DNA of 60,689 bases from Haloferacaceae archaeon (GTDB lineage: Archaea; Halobacteriota; Halobacteria; Halobacteriales; Haloferacaceae): assembly GCA_042219485.1 (NCBI GenBank), contig JBDGPV010000003.1, positions 1 to 60,689 of the forward strand, written 5' to 3'. Shown piece after piece: positions 47,464 to 56,929 of this stretch. The translations under genes were made by a program, and so were the position numbers. The notes below the pieces were generated by a model, which saw nothing but the letters and a program-made list of their open reading frames with translations, had not been told where the DNA came from and did not search any database. Position 1 is the stretch's first letter. Every line of letters begins with the position of its first letter.

Positions 47464-48129
47464 TCAGTCGATGTAGCCCAGGGCGTCCTCGATCCGGCCG
47501 AGTTCGGGGCCGGTGGTGTCCTGGCCGGCGACGTAGCCGGCGCCGTTGGCCACCAGGCCGGAGCCGACCAGCGCGCCGCCGTAGTTGATGGTGCCGATGT
47601 CGGCCCGGACGTCGAGCAGGGATTCGAGGGCCTCCAGCTGTGGCTCCCGGGCCTCCGGGTGACAGAGCACGCCCCGGTCGTTCGCCGCGGCCGCGGTCCC
47701 GACGGTCCCCACGTCGGCGATGGTGCCGCGCTCGACGGGCACCGACAGCGCCTCGCGGACCGCCTCGACCGCCCGGTCCGAGAGGTCCGGGTGGACGTAC
47801 GCGCCGTAGTCGTTGGCCAGCACCACGTTGCCCGCGGCGTTCACCCGTCCGGGCAGCTCCACGACCGGGCCGCCGGTGGCCTCGGCGAGCGCCCCGCGCT
47901 CGCGGTCGGTGACCCGGCCCGAGACCAGCAGGCCGTGGTCGTTGCCGACCGCGAGCGACCCGACCGTGCCCGACCCGCCGACGGTCGCCCGGACGGGATC
48001 CGCGTCGAGTTCGTCGGCCATCTCCCCGACGAGGTCGTCGTCGGCGTTCGGCCGGACGAGGAGGTGGTCGTCGGTGGCGCGGGCGAAGACGCCGACGTAG
48101 GATGAGCCGGCGAACGAGGCGCGCATCAC
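47464..48129 (-). CDS. eif6: Translation initiation factor aIF-6
   Basis: 221 aa. [14 protein letters not shown] plus a five-fold pseudo-repeat ending in [11 protein letters not shown]. Confidence 0.92.
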   Translation of the reverse strand: MMRASFAGSSYVGVFARATDDHLLVRPNADDDLVGEMADELDADPVRATVGGSGTVGSLAVGNDHGLLVSGRVTDRERGALAEATGGPVVELPGRVNAAGNVVLANDYGAYVHPDLSDRAVEAVREALSVPVERGTIADVGTVGTAAAANDRGVLCHPEAREPQLEALESLLDVRADIGTINYGGALVGSGLVANGAGYVAGQDTTGPELGRIEDALGYID

Positions 48130-48136
48130 GCCACCG

Positions 48137-48415
48137 TCACTCGGCGGGCTCGGCCTCGACGATCGGTTCGCCCTCCTCGACGAACCGCGCGGCGCGAACC
48201 CGGAGCGAGTTCGGCGGCTTGCGCCGTCCGCGCGCCCAGACGGCCTCGTTCAGCGACGGGTCGAGGCGGACGGCCCCTTCCTCGACCGAGAAGTGCTGCG
48301 CGAGGTGTTCGCGGACGATACGCATGGCGGCGTCGGCCCGCTCCTGGACCGGCGCGGCCTTGGCGTCGCGGAGCGGGACGGTCACGACCCGCTCCTCGAA
48401 GTCACTCGTGCTCAT
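48137..48415 (-). CDS. rpl31e: 50S ribosomal protein L31e
   Basis: [11 protein letters not shown]..., [21 protein letters not shown]. Confidence 0.92.
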   Translation of the reverse strand: MSTSDFEERVVTVPLRDAKAAPVQERADAAMRIVREHLAQHFSVEEGAVRLDPSLNEAVWARGRRKPPNSLRVRAARFVEEGEPIVEAEPAE

Positions 48416-48418
48416 GCC

Positions 48419-48571
48419 CTACTCGTCGGTGTCGCCGCGCCGCCAGTGGCGGCGCTTGGGGTTGCGCGTCACCTGCATGTCGGTCCGCAGCATCACCCAG
48501 TTCGGCACGCGGCCGTTCTGGTCGTCGAGCTTGGCCAGGCGCTTTTTCTTCGCCTTCGACTTCTTTCCCAT
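48419..48571 (-). CDS. rpl39e: 50S ribosomal protein L39e (absent from the ORF track because it is under 60 aa)
   Basis: Hand translation: [50 protein letters not shown], then a stop. Confidence 0.9.
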   Translation of the reverse strand: MGKKSKAKKKRLAKLDDQNGRVPNWVMLRTDMQVTRNPKRRHWRRGDTDE

Positions 48572-48593
48572 GGTTCGACCGTCTCCTGCGCGG

Positions 48594-48600
48594 CATAAAG
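48594..48600 (-). promoter_or_regulatory. TATA box of the rpl39e-rpl31e-eif6 operon
   Basis: CTTTATG on the minus strand, centred 26 nt upstream of the rpl39e ATG. Confidence 0.5.
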
Positions 48601-48706
48601 ACCTGTTCCTTCCGCGCGTCGCCGCCGTCCGCGGCCGGTCGCCCCGCGCCCCGCCGCCGTTCGGCGTCGGCCGGTTCGCGCGGCCGGCAGGACCCCGCGG
48701 CGGCCC

Positions 48707-49270
48707 TCACTCGCCCGACAGCGGGACCCGGGCCACCGTCTCGTAGCGGGGCCCCTCCCCGGTCAGCGTGCTCTCGGTGAGGCGCACCTCGGCGGCCCGG
48801 AACGTCCCCACCGTCGGGTCCGCCCCCCGGACGACACGCTGGACGAGGTCCTTCCCCCGGGCGTCGTCCATCCGGGCGAGGGTGACGTGGGGGGTGAACT
48901 CGTGGTCAGCGGGGTCGAAGCCGGCGGCGACGGCCTCGCGCTCGACCGCCTCGTGGAGGCGGGTCAGCTCCGCCCCGCCCGCCTCGAACCCCGCCCAGAC
49001 GACCGAGATGTAGTCGAGCGACGGGAAGACCCCGAGCCCGCCGACCGTCGCGTCGAAGGGGGCGACTCCGGCCGCGTCCACGGCGTCGGCGACCGCGCGC
49101 TCGACCTCGCCGACGCGGTCGGCCGGCGTCTCGCCGAGGAACTTCAGCGTGACGTGCGCTTGCTCCGGGTCGGTGAACCGGAGCCCGCCGGCGTCCCGGA
49201 ACCGGTCCTGCACGCCGGCCAGCGGCTCCGCGAGCGCGTCCGGGAGGTCGACGGAGACGAACAGGCGCAT
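48707..49270 (-). CDS. thpR: RNA 2',3'-cyclic phosphodiesterase (2H family, ThpR/LigT)
   Basis: Two HxT motifs (AHVTLKF and PHVTLAR). The start is taken at MRLFVSVDLP. Confidence 0.85.
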   Translation of the reverse strand: MRLFVSVDLPDALAEPLAGVQDRFRDAGGLRFTDPEQAHVTLKFLGETPADRVGEVERAVADAVDAAGVAPFDATVGGLGVFPSLDYISVVWAGFEAGGAELTRLHEAVEREAVAAGFDPADHEFTPHVTLARMDDARGKDLVQRVVRGADPTVGTFRAAEVRLTESTLTGEGPRYETVARVPLSGE

Positions 49271-49365
49271 GCCGGCGCCTCGGGGCCGACGGCCTTGAAT
49301 CTCCCCGTCCCGGCGGGCGGCCCCGCGACGCAACCCTTTAGCGCGCCCGCCGCCAACTCCGGGCC

Positions 49366-50253
49366 ATGAGCGACGACGCCGATCCCGACGCCGACCCTCC
49401 CGACGCCGACGGGGAGCGGGCGGCCGACGACGGGCGCGGTCACCGCTTCTCGGCCGGCCAGGGGCTCGACGAGGGGTACGAGGAGTTCACGCTCGACCCG
49501 GAGATCGCCACCGACCCGGGACGGGTCGATCCCATCGACTCCCGGGTCCTGACGGACCTGCTCGACGACAGACAGATCGCCGCCGACGAGGTGGACGCCG
49601 AGAAACTGCTGGACGTCGGCCTCTCGTACGTCGGCATCCGGCGGTACGAGGAGGCGACCGAGACGCTCGAACGCGCGGCGCGGTTCGCCGACGACGAGGG
49701 GATCGAGCAGGAGGCGTGGATCAACAAGGGCGCCGCCCACGCCGAACTGGAGGAGTACGACGCGGCCATCGGCGCCTACCGCGAGGCGCTGGCGATCGAC
49801 GACGAGAGCGAGCACGCCGCCTCCGCCGAGACCAACCTGGCGTACGCGCTCTGGGAGTTCGGCCACACCGAGGAGGCGCTTTCCCACGCCGAGCGCGCCG
49901 TCGAGGTCGACCCCCGCTTCCCGCAGGCGTGGTACAACCGCGGCTTCTTCCTCAACGAGCGCGGCCTCCACGAGGACGCCCGGAACGCCCTGGACAACGC
50001 GATCCGCCTGGGGATGCGGAGCGCCGAGGTGCTCGAGGAGAAGGCCCGCGCGCTGGAGGAACTCGGCGAACACGAGGAGGCCGAGGCCGTCCACGAACGG
50101 GCCGCGGAGCTCCGGGCCGAGGCCGAGCGCGAACTCGTCGGGGAGGGCGCCGGCGGGGCGGGCGCCCCGGCGGACCGGGAGGCGGGCGACCGGTCCCGCG
50201 AGGGGCGCGGGCCGGGATCGGACCGGCTCCGCGGGGGGCGGGGCCGGGACTGA
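49366..50253 (+). CDS. Tetratricopeptide repeat protein
   Basis: An acidic N-terminus is followed by about 5 TPR-like units (YEEATETLERAARF, YDAAIGAYREALAI, EEALSHAERAVEVDP, ...). Confidence 0.7.
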   Translation: MSDDADPDADPPDADGERAADDGRGHRFSAGQGLDEGYEEFTLDPEIATDPGRVDPIDSRVLTDLLDDRQIAADEVDAEKLLDVGLSYVGIRRYEEATETLERAARFADDEGIEQEAWINKGAAHAELEEYDAAIGAYREALAIDDESEHAASAETNLAYALWEFGHTEEALSHAERAVEVDPRFPQAWYNRGFFLNERGLHEDARNALDNAIRLGMRSAEVLEEKARALEELGEHEEAEAVHERAAELRAEAERELVGEGAGGAGAPADREAGDRSREGRGPGSDRLRGGRGRD

Positions 50254-50259
50254 GCCGGC

Positions 50260-50574
50260 ATGGCGCTCCTGTTGCGCGAGCGCGAGACCCCCGAGGGCCT
50301 GCTCGTCTCGGTGTGTGACGCCGACTGCCTCGGCGAGACCTACCGGGGGGAGGCGGCCGACGTCTCGCTCGAGGTGACGGAGGCCTTCTACGGCGGCGAG
50401 GAGGCCGTCGAGGCCGACGCCGAGACGGTCGTCGCCAGCCTCCGCCGGGCGGCGACGGCCAACATCGTCGGCGACCGCGCGGTCGGCGTGGCCGTCGACG
50501 CCGGCCTGGTCGACCCCGACCGGATCCTCCACCTCGACGGGACCCGCCACGCCCAACTGCTCCACCTCCGGTAG
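50260..50574 (+). CDS. DUF424 family protein
   Basis: 104 aa. GLLVSVCDADCLGETY...NIVGDRAVGVAVDAGLVD pattern. Confidence 0.65.
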   Translation: MALLLRERETPEGLLVSVCDADCLGETYRGEAADVSLEVTEAFYGGEEAVEADAETVVASLRRAATANIVGDRAVGVAVDAGLVDPDRILHLDGTRHAQLLHLR

Positions 50575-50719
50575 CCGCCCGGCCCTCCGGCCCCGGGCGG
50601 GCCCGTCGCCGCGATCAGCGCGCCCCCAGCCCCGGGCCGGCCCGGGTCGTAACTCCCGGCGGTTACGTCGTTCGCGCGGACCGAAGGACAGTTGCCCCTC
50701 CGGTCCGTACCCCGCGCCA

Positions 50720-52009
50720 ATGGGAATCCAGGATCAGGACCGCGAGTCCGCCCCCCTCGACGTCGAGCGGATCCGCGAGGACTTCCCCATCCTCGACCGA
50801 CGGGTGGGGGGCGACGTCACCGACCCCGGCGAGGGCGAGGGGGACACCGACCCGCTCGTCTACCTCGACAACGCCGCGACGAGCCACACCCCGGAGCCGG
50901 TCGTCGAGGCCATCGCGGACTACTACCGCAGCTACAACTCGAACGTCCACCGGGGCATCCACCACCTCAGCCAGGAGGCCTCGGTGGCGTACGAGGAGGC
51001 CCACGACCGGGTCGCCGAGTTCGTCGGCGCCGACGGGCGCGAGGAGATCGTCTTCACCAAGAACACCACCGAATCCGAGAACCTCGTGGCCTACGCGTGG
51101 GGGCTGAACGAACTCGGCCCCGGCGACACGGTCGTGCTCACCGAGATGGAGCACCACGCGTCGCTGGTGACCTGGCAGCAGATCGCCAAGCGGACCGGGG
51201 CGGACCTCGAGTACATCCGGATCACCGACGAGGGCGCCCTCGACATGGCGCACGCCGAGGAGGTCATCGACGGGACGACGGCGATGGTCTCGGTCGTCCA
51301 CGTCTCGAACGCGCTGGGGACGGTCAACCCGGTCGCCGAACTCGCCGAGATGGCCCACGAGGTCGGGGCGTACTGCTTCGTCGACGGCGCCCAGTCGGCG
51401 CCCAACCGGCCGGTGGACGTGAAGGCGATGGACGCCGACTTCTTCGCGTTCTCGGGCCACAAGATGTGCGGTCCGACCGGCATCGGCGTGCTCTACGGCA
51501 AGGAGCACCTGCTGGAGGCGATGGAGCCGTACCTCTACGGCGGCGAGATGATCCGCTCGGTCACCTACGAGGACTCCACCTGGGAGGACCTGCCCTGGAA
51601 GTACGAGGCCGGCACCCCGGTCATCGCCCAGGGCGTCGGCCTCGCGGCGGCGTGTGACTACCTCGACGACGTCGGCCTGGAGCGGATCCGGGCCCACGAG
51701 GAGGACCTCGCGGCCTACGCCTACGACCGCCTGACGGCGTACGACGACGTCGAGGTGTACGGTCCGCCGGGCGACGACCGCGGCGGGCTGGTGTCGTTCA
51801 ACCTCGACGGCGTCCACGCCCACGACCTCTCGTCGATCCTGAACGACCACGCGGTCGCCGTCCGGGCGGGCGACCACTGCACCCAGCCGCTCCACGACAA
51901 GCTCGGCGTCCCGGCCTCCGCCCGGGCCTCGTTCTACCTCTACAACACCCGCGAGGAGGTCGACGCGCTGGTCGAGGCCGTCGACGCAGCGCGGGACCTG
52001 TTCGCCTGA
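50720..52009 (+). CDS. sufS: Cysteine desulfurase SufS
   Basis: NAATS, the PLP lysine in FSGHKMCGPTGIG, and the active-site RAGDHCTQP. Confidence 0.92.
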   Translation: MGIQDQDRESAPLDVERIREDFPILDRRVGGDVTDPGEGEGDTDPLVYLDNAATSHTPEPVVEAIADYYRSYNSNVHRGIHHLSQEASVAYEEAHDRVAEFVGADGREEIVFTKNTTESENLVAYAWGLNELGPGDTVVLTEMEHHASLVTWQQIAKRTGADLEYIRITDEGALDMAHAEEVIDGTTAMVSVVHVSNALGTVNPVAELAEMAHEVGAYCFVDGAQSAPNRPVDVKAMDADFFAFSGHKMCGPTGIGVLYGKEHLLEAMEPYLYGGEMIRSVTYEDSTWEDLPWKYEAGTPVIAQGVGLAAACDYLDDVGLERIRAHEEDLAAYAYDRLTAYDDVEVYGPPGDDRGGLVSFNLDGVHAHDLSSILNDHAVAVRAGDHCTQPLHDKLGVPASARASFYLYNTREEVDALVEAVDAARDLFA

Positions 52010-52223
52010 GCGGCCGTCGCCCCCGGCCGCGTCCCCGACGGCCGGAACGCGCCCGGCCCCTCCGACGCCGCCCGCACGCCCCCGGGGCCACCAGGGTCTT
52101 TCGGACCGAACGAACGGCTTCGGCCGTGACGATGTCGAACGACGATCCGTCGCCCGATCACGTCATGGAACCCGGATCGGCTTCTTCGCGTCGAAGACGC
52201 TCCCCGCCGCCGTTTCGCTCGGC

Positions 52224-52568
52224 GTGTTCGACGCGCCGACCGACGGCCCGCTCCCCCGGGCGGACGTGTACGTCCTCGGGCACATCCCCAACGACCGGGG
52301 GCCGGACGGGAAACGGCGCATCCTCGACGAGGTCGCCGACGCGGTCAACGAGGGCGGAGCCGTGATCGTTCACGGGACGATGATCGACGACGAGCGCCGC
52401 GAAAACGGGACGGGACCGCTCATGGGCCTCGACATGCTCGTCGAGACGCCGGACGGGTTCGATTACACGCACGGCGAGCGCACCGAGTGGCTCCGCGGGG
52501 CCGGATCCGCCGATCCGACGGTCGAGGGGTTGCCCGGTCCCGAGTCGATTACGGTCGCCCACCGCTGA
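52224..52568 (+). pseudogene. C-terminal remnant of a class I SAM-dependent (O-)methyltransferase
   Basis: PLPRADVYVLGHI...GGAVIVHGTMIDDERRENGTGPLMGLDMLVETPDGFDYT matches only the last third of ~330-aa methyltransferases. Just 215 nt separate it from the sufS stop, so the SAM-binding N-terminal part is absent. Confidence 0.55.
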
Positions 52569-52635
52569 TTCCGACGGCGCGCCCCGAGCGAAGAGTTACC
52601 ACCCCACTGGCCGTACGCCGGAGCGTGATGCACGC

Positions 52636-52986
52636 ATGACCGACACGCGCGCCGTGTTCGACCACCACGTCGAGGCGTTCGGGAGCCAGGACCTCGAGGA
52701 GATCATGGTCGACTACGACGACGACTCCGTGATCGTGACGAACATGGGGACGTTCCGGGGTCTCGACGAGATCGAGGGGCTGTTCGCCGACCTGTTCGAG
52801 GAGTTCTCGCAGCCGGGCACCGCCCTGACGGTCGACGAGCGGATCGTCGAGGGGGAGTTCGCGTACCTCGTCTGGCACGCAGAGACGCCGGACAACGTCT
52901 ACGAGTTCTGCACCGACACATTCCACGTCCCCGACGGCACCATCTCGTTCCAGACGTTCGCGGGCAAGGTCGAGAGCAAGGGCTGA
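52636..52986 (+). CDS. SnoaL-like / NTF2-fold protein
   Basis: 116 aa. VFDHHVEAFGSQDLEEIMVDYDDDSVIV...FAYLVWHAET pattern. Confidence 0.65.
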   Translation: MTDTRAVFDHHVEAFGSQDLEEIMVDYDDDSVIVTNMGTFRGLDEIEGLFADLFEEFSQPGTALTVDERIVEGEFAYLVWHAETPDNVYEFCTDTFHVPDGTISFQTFAGKVESKG

Positions 52987-53060
52987 GGCGCAGCCGGTCG
53001 CCCCCGGCGCGTCCGGGCCCGGAACCCTTAACCCCCGTACTGCCCTACCGCGGGACAACG

Positions 53061-53489
53061 ATGGCCATGGGCTCGGACATGTACCGCCAGCAGATCCTCG
53101 ATCACTACAAGAACCCCCGGAACTACGGGGAACTCGACGACCCCACCTTCTCGCACGTCGGGGAGAACCCCTCGTGTGGCGACACCATTCAGGTGGACGT
53201 CCGCCTCGCGGACGACGGCGAAACCATCGAGTACGCCGCATTCTCCGGGGACGGCTGTGCCATCTCGCAGGCCGCCGCCTCGATGCTCACCGACGAACTC
53301 CAGGGGATGACCGTCGAGGAACTGCAGGCGATGGACCGCGACGACGTGATCGAGATGCTGGGCGTGGAGATCAGCCCGATGCGGATCAAGTGCGCCGTCC
53401 TCGCCGAGAAGGTGGCCCAGGACGGCGCGAAGCTCCACCGGGGGGAGGCCGAGGACATCGGTCCCACCCGGACCGAGGAGGAGTTCTGA
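53061..53489 (+). CDS. sufU: SUF system Fe-S assembly protein SufU/NifU-like
   Basis: ILDHYKNPRNYG, NPSCGD, GDGCAIS, and IKCAVLA (Zn/sulfur-transfer cysteines). Confidence 0.88.
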   Translation: MAMGSDMYRQQILDHYKNPRNYGELDDPTFSHVGENPSCGDTIQVDVRLADDGETIEYAAFSGDGCAISQAAASMLTDELQGMTVEELQAMDRDDVIEMLGVEISPMRIKCAVLAEKVAQDGAKLHRGEAEDIGPTRTEEEF

Positions 53490-53522
53490 GGACGAGCCGT
53501 CCCGCCCGCCTGTTGTGATGTT

Positions 53523-53543
53523 CCGGGTCTCCCCGGTTTTTTT
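53523..53543 (+). terminator. Hairpin plus oligo-T terminator after sufU
   Basis: CCGGG-tctc-CCCGG stem-loop immediately followed by T7 (53537-53543), 34 nt after the sufU stop. Confidence 0.6.
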
Positions 53544-53567
53544 CAGTGTTCGTTCCCTTTCGCGTAT

Positions 53568-54056
53568 ATGACCGGGGAGGAGACGGCAGCCGTGGGCGAC
53601 ACGGCACCGGATTTCACGCTCGTGGGCACGCAGGGGGACGAGATACGCGAGTTCACGCTCTCGGAGTTCGCCGCCGACCGGCCGGCAGTGGTGGTGTTCT
53701 ACATCTACGACTACAGCCCCGTCTGTACGGACCAGCTGTGCGAACTGAACGACGTGGAGTTCCTGACGTTCAACGACGACGTCGCCGTCCTCGGCGTCTC
53801 GACCGACGGCCCGTACAGCCACCGGGAGTTCGTCGCCGACAACGACCTCACGTATCCGCTCCTGACCGACGACGACAAGCGGGTGTACGAGCGGTACGGC
53901 ATGCTCGATGCGGACGGCGGACCGAGACGCGGCATCGTGCTGGTGGACGGCGACCGGACCGTCCGCTACCGGTGGGTGGCCGAGGACAACTGGGACCCGT
54001 GGACGGTCGGGCCCCTCTCCGAGGCGGCGGAGTTGGCCGCCGAACTCACCGCGTAG
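53568..54056 (+). CDS. bcp: Peroxiredoxin (Bcp/AhpC-TSA family)
   Basis: APDFTL, the FYIYDYSPVCTDQLCEL peroxidatic Cys region, and FVADNDLTYPLLTD. Confidence 0.85.
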   Translation: MTGEETAAVGDTAPDFTLVGTQGDEIREFTLSEFAADRPAVVVFYIYDYSPVCTDQLCELNDVEFLTFNDDVAVLGVSTDGPYSHREFVADNDLTYPLLTDDDKRVYERYGMLDADGGPRRGIVLVDGDRTVRYRWVAEDNWDPWTVGPLSEAAELAAELTA

Positions 54057-54071
54057 CGGCCGCGGCGTGGC

Positions 54072-55103
54072 TCACTCCGGCACCAGCCCCTCGTCCTGGA
54101 CGCGCATGACCGCCTCGCCGTCGGCGAGGTTCGGCGCGTCGACCAGCCGGACGATCCGCTTGTCGCCCTTCGACTTGCGGAGGTAGATGCGGAACGTGGA
54201 GGTGTGCCCGAGGATGTTCCCTCCGATGGGCTGGGTGGGGTCGCCGAAGTACGAGTCGGGGTTGGAGGCCACCTGGTTGGTCACCAGCACGGCGGCGTTG
54301 TAGAGGTCGCCGATCCGCATCAGGTCGTGGAGGTGCTTGTTGAGCTTCTGCTGGCGCTCGGCGAGTTCCCCCCGGCCGACGTACTCGGCGCGGAAGTGGG
54401 CGGTGAGCGAGTCGACACAGAGCAGGCGCACCGGCCACTCGCTGTCCTCGTGTTCGCTCGCGAGCTCCTTCGCCTTCTCCGCCAGCAGGATCTGGTGGTT
54501 GGAGTTGAACGCCTTGGCGACGTGGATGCGGTCGAGGAACGCCTCGACCAGCTCCTCCATCGCCCCCTCGTCGCCGGGATCGCCCTCGATGCCGCGCTCG
54601 TCCATCGTCGCCTGCAGCGCCTCGTCGTCGAGCCCCCGGACCATGTCGTCGATCCGCTCGGGCCGGAACGTGTCCTCGCTGTCGACGAAGACCGCGCCGC
54701 CCGAGAGGCCCCCGTGCTCCGGCGGGAGCTGGACGTTCACGCAGAGCTGGTGGGTCACCTGTGACTTGCCGGCGCCGAACTCGCCGTACACCTCGGTGAT
54801 CGACTGCGTCTCGACGCCCCCGCCGAGCAGCTCGTCGACCTCCGGCACCTGCCAGGTGAGCTTCCCGATCTGTTCGCGGCGCTCCAGCACCGACGCGCCC
54901 GTCTCGAAGCCGCCCACGTCGGCTGCCTCCCGCGCGGCGCCGATGATGTCGCCCGCGCTCGACTCGCCGACGTCGGCGCTGTTTGACAGTTCGCCCGGGC
55001 TGGCGACCGCGATGCTCTGGTAGGTCTCGAACCCGGCGTCGAGCAGCTTGTCCGCCGTCGCCGGACCCACGCCTGGCAGGTCTTCGAGGTCGTCTTCCGC
55101 CAT
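54072..55103 (-). CDS. radA: DNA repair and recombination protein RadA
   Basis: HhH N-terminus [15 protein letters not shown], Walker A GEFGAGKS, and LLCVDS. The start at MAEDD (55103) is supported by the TATA at 55128-55135. Confidence 0.95.
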   Translation of the reverse strand: MAEDDLEDLPGVGPATADKLLDAGFETYQSIAVASPGELSNSADVGESSAGDIIGAAREAADVGGFETGASVLERREQIGKLTWQVPEVDELLGGGVETQSITEVYGEFGAGKSQVTHQLCVNVQLPPEHGGLSGGAVFVDSEDTFRPERIDDMVRGLDDEALQATMDERGIEGDPGDEGAMEELVEAFLDRIHVAKAFNSNHQILLAEKAKELASEHEDSEWPVRLLCVDSLTAHFRAEYVGRGELAERQQKLNKHLHDLMRIGDLYNAAVLVTNQVASNPDSYFGDPTQPIGGNILGHTSTFRIYLRKSKGDKRIVRLVDAPNLADGEAVMRVQDEGLVPE

Positions 55104-55127
55104 ACACCCGGCTTGCGCGGCTCCCCA

Positions 55128-55135
55128 CATAAAGC
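55128..55135 (-). promoter_or_regulatory. TATA box of the radA promoter
   Basis: GCTTTATG on the minus strand, centred 28 nt upstream of the ATG at 55103. Confidence 0.5.
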
Positions 55136-55201
55136 CTCGTTAACACCGTGGTGGAAGTGAACGGGCGGCCCGGTCCGCGCCGCGAGCGGGGGGTCGAGCG
55201 A

Positions 55202-55867
55202 TCACTCCCAGGGGTGCCCGCCCGGCCGGTCGGGCCACAGCGGGTACCAGTAGGACTCGTCGTCCTCCACGTCGAGTTCGCCCTCCAGCACCGACCGGAG
55301 CTTGAACTCCAGCCGTTCGTTCCGCTCGCGGTCGCCCGCGGGGACGAACGGGTAGTACGCGCCCCGGCGGAACGAGTAGATCCAGTAGGCGCGGTCCCCG
55401 CCGGCGTCCCCGCGGGGCGCGCCGCTCCCCGCCCGGTCCCCCGGTGCCTCGCTCGCGTCCCCCCGCTCGAACGCGAAGACCGCGGCGAGCAACCGGGAGC
55501 CGTACCCCCGCTCGACGAACGTGTCCGCGGCGAAGTGGACGCTCGTCACCAGGTCCTCGGGGTCGTCGTCGGTCAGGACGACCCAGCCGTAGCCGTGGTC
55601 GTCCTCGCGGCGGTCGAAGCCGGTCCCGGTCTCCGCCTCGCCCGCCCGGAGGATCTCCTCGACCTCGCCGACGGCGTCGGCGAAGTCCGTGGCGTCGACC
55701 TCCGCGAAGCAGAGCGCCGCGGCGCCGGCCGGCGCGAAGCCGAGGTCGGCCTCCATCGTGACGTGGGCGGTGGACATCCCGAACAGGTCCTCCGGGTCGG
55801 CGTCGCGGGCGGCGTCGCCCTCCGCCCGGAGCCCGAGCGCCTCCCGGAGCGCGTCGAACAGTCCCAT
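55202..55867 (-). CDS. PspA-associated protein PspAB-like
   Basis: MGLFDAL..., DLFGMSTAHVTMEADLGF, DDHGYGWVVL, FRRGAYYPFVP...ERNERLEFKL. The match to the actinobacterial/archaeal PspAB family is from memory. Confidence 0.55.
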   Translation of the reverse strand: MGLFDALREALGLRAEGDAARDADPEDLFGMSTAHVTMEADLGFAPAGAAALCFAEVDATDFADAVGEVEEILRAGEAETGTGFDRREDDHGYGWVVLTDDDPEDLVTSVHFAADTFVERGYGSRLLAAVFAFERGDASEAPGDRAGSGAPRGDAGGDRAYWIYSFRRGAYYPFVPAGDRERNERLEFKLRSVLEGELDVEDDESYWYPLWPDRPGGHPWE

Positions 55868-55924
55868 CCCGGCGGGGTAGCGGCCCGGGCGGCTTCAAGC
55901 CCCCGCCATCGCCGTCCGCCGTCG

Positions 55925-56806
55925 CTACCGGGTCTCGATCTCGCGCTCCAGGTCGCGCAGGCGCTCGACGCGCTTCTCGGTCGGCGGGTGGGTGCTCGCG
56001 AGCTTGCCGACGAACCCCGACCGGATGGGAATGATGAAGAAGGCGTTCATCTCGGCCTGCTCGCGCATGTCCTCTTTCGGCACCCGGTCCATCCGGCCGT
56101 CGATGGTGAGCAGCGCGGAGGCCAGCGCCCCCGGCTTGCCGGTGATGGCGGCGGCGCCCCGGTCGGCCGCGTACTCGCGGTAGCGCGACAGCGCCCGGAT
56201 GAGCAGGAACGAGACGATCCACACCACGAGCGAGACGAGGATGGCGACGATCACGCCGCCCCCGCCGCCCTGGCGGTTCCGGCCGCCCCCGCCGAACAGC
56301 CAGCCCCACCGGACGACCATGAACGCCAGCGTCGAGAGGAACGAGGCGATCGTCATCACCATCACGTCCCGGTTTTTCACGTGGGCGAGTTCGTGGGCGA
56401 GCACGCCCTCGAGCTCCTCCTCGTCGAGGGTCCGCAGCAGCCCCTCGGTCACGCAGACGGTCGCGTTCGACCGGGAGCGTCCCGCCGCGAAGGCGTTCGG
56501 CACCCGGGAGTCGGCCACGGCGACCGTCGGCTTCGGGAGGTCCGCCTGCTGGGAGAGGCGGCCGACGGTGGCGTGGAGCGTCGGGTACTCCCGCTCGCTC
56601 ACCTCGCTCGCGCCCATGCTGTACAGCGCCAGCCGGTCGCTGAAGAAGAACTGCCCGAGGGAGAACAGCCCCATCACGACGACGATGCCGAGCAGCCCGA
56701 CCCCGGCGGACGCCAGGACGCCCACGAACACGATGTACAGGGCGAACAGCAGGAGCATCGTGACCGCCATCCGCGTCCGGAGGCCCCAGTCGGGTTGCCA
56801 CTCCAT
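55925..56806 (-). CDS. htpX: M48 family zinc metalloprotease HtpX
   Basis: HELAHV zinc motif, NAFA, four transmembrane helices, and the C-terminal STHPPTEKR. Confidence 0.9.
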   Translation of the reverse strand: MEWQPDWGLRTRMAVTMLLLFALYIVFVGVLASAGVGLLGIVVVMGLFSLGQFFFSDRLALYSMGASEVSEREYPTLHATVGRLSQQADLPKPTVAVADSRVPNAFAAGRSRSNATVCVTEGLLRTLDEEELEGVLAHELAHVKNRDVMVMTIASFLSTLAFMVVRWGWLFGGGGRNRQGGGGGVIVAILVSLVVWIVSFLLIRALSRYREYAADRGAAAITGKPGALASALLTIDGRMDRVPKEDMREQAEMNAFFIIPIRSGFVGKLASTHPPTEKRVERLRDLEREIETR

Positions 56807-56929
56807 GTCCGGCCGTAGCCGTCCGAAGGGGGTAAACCTTGTCGGGCCACGCCGGCGTCCCGGGCGTGCGCGTCCCGCGGCCGTCCCGGAGCGCGGGGCT
56901 TAACAGCGCGACCCGCCTACCGACGGGCG

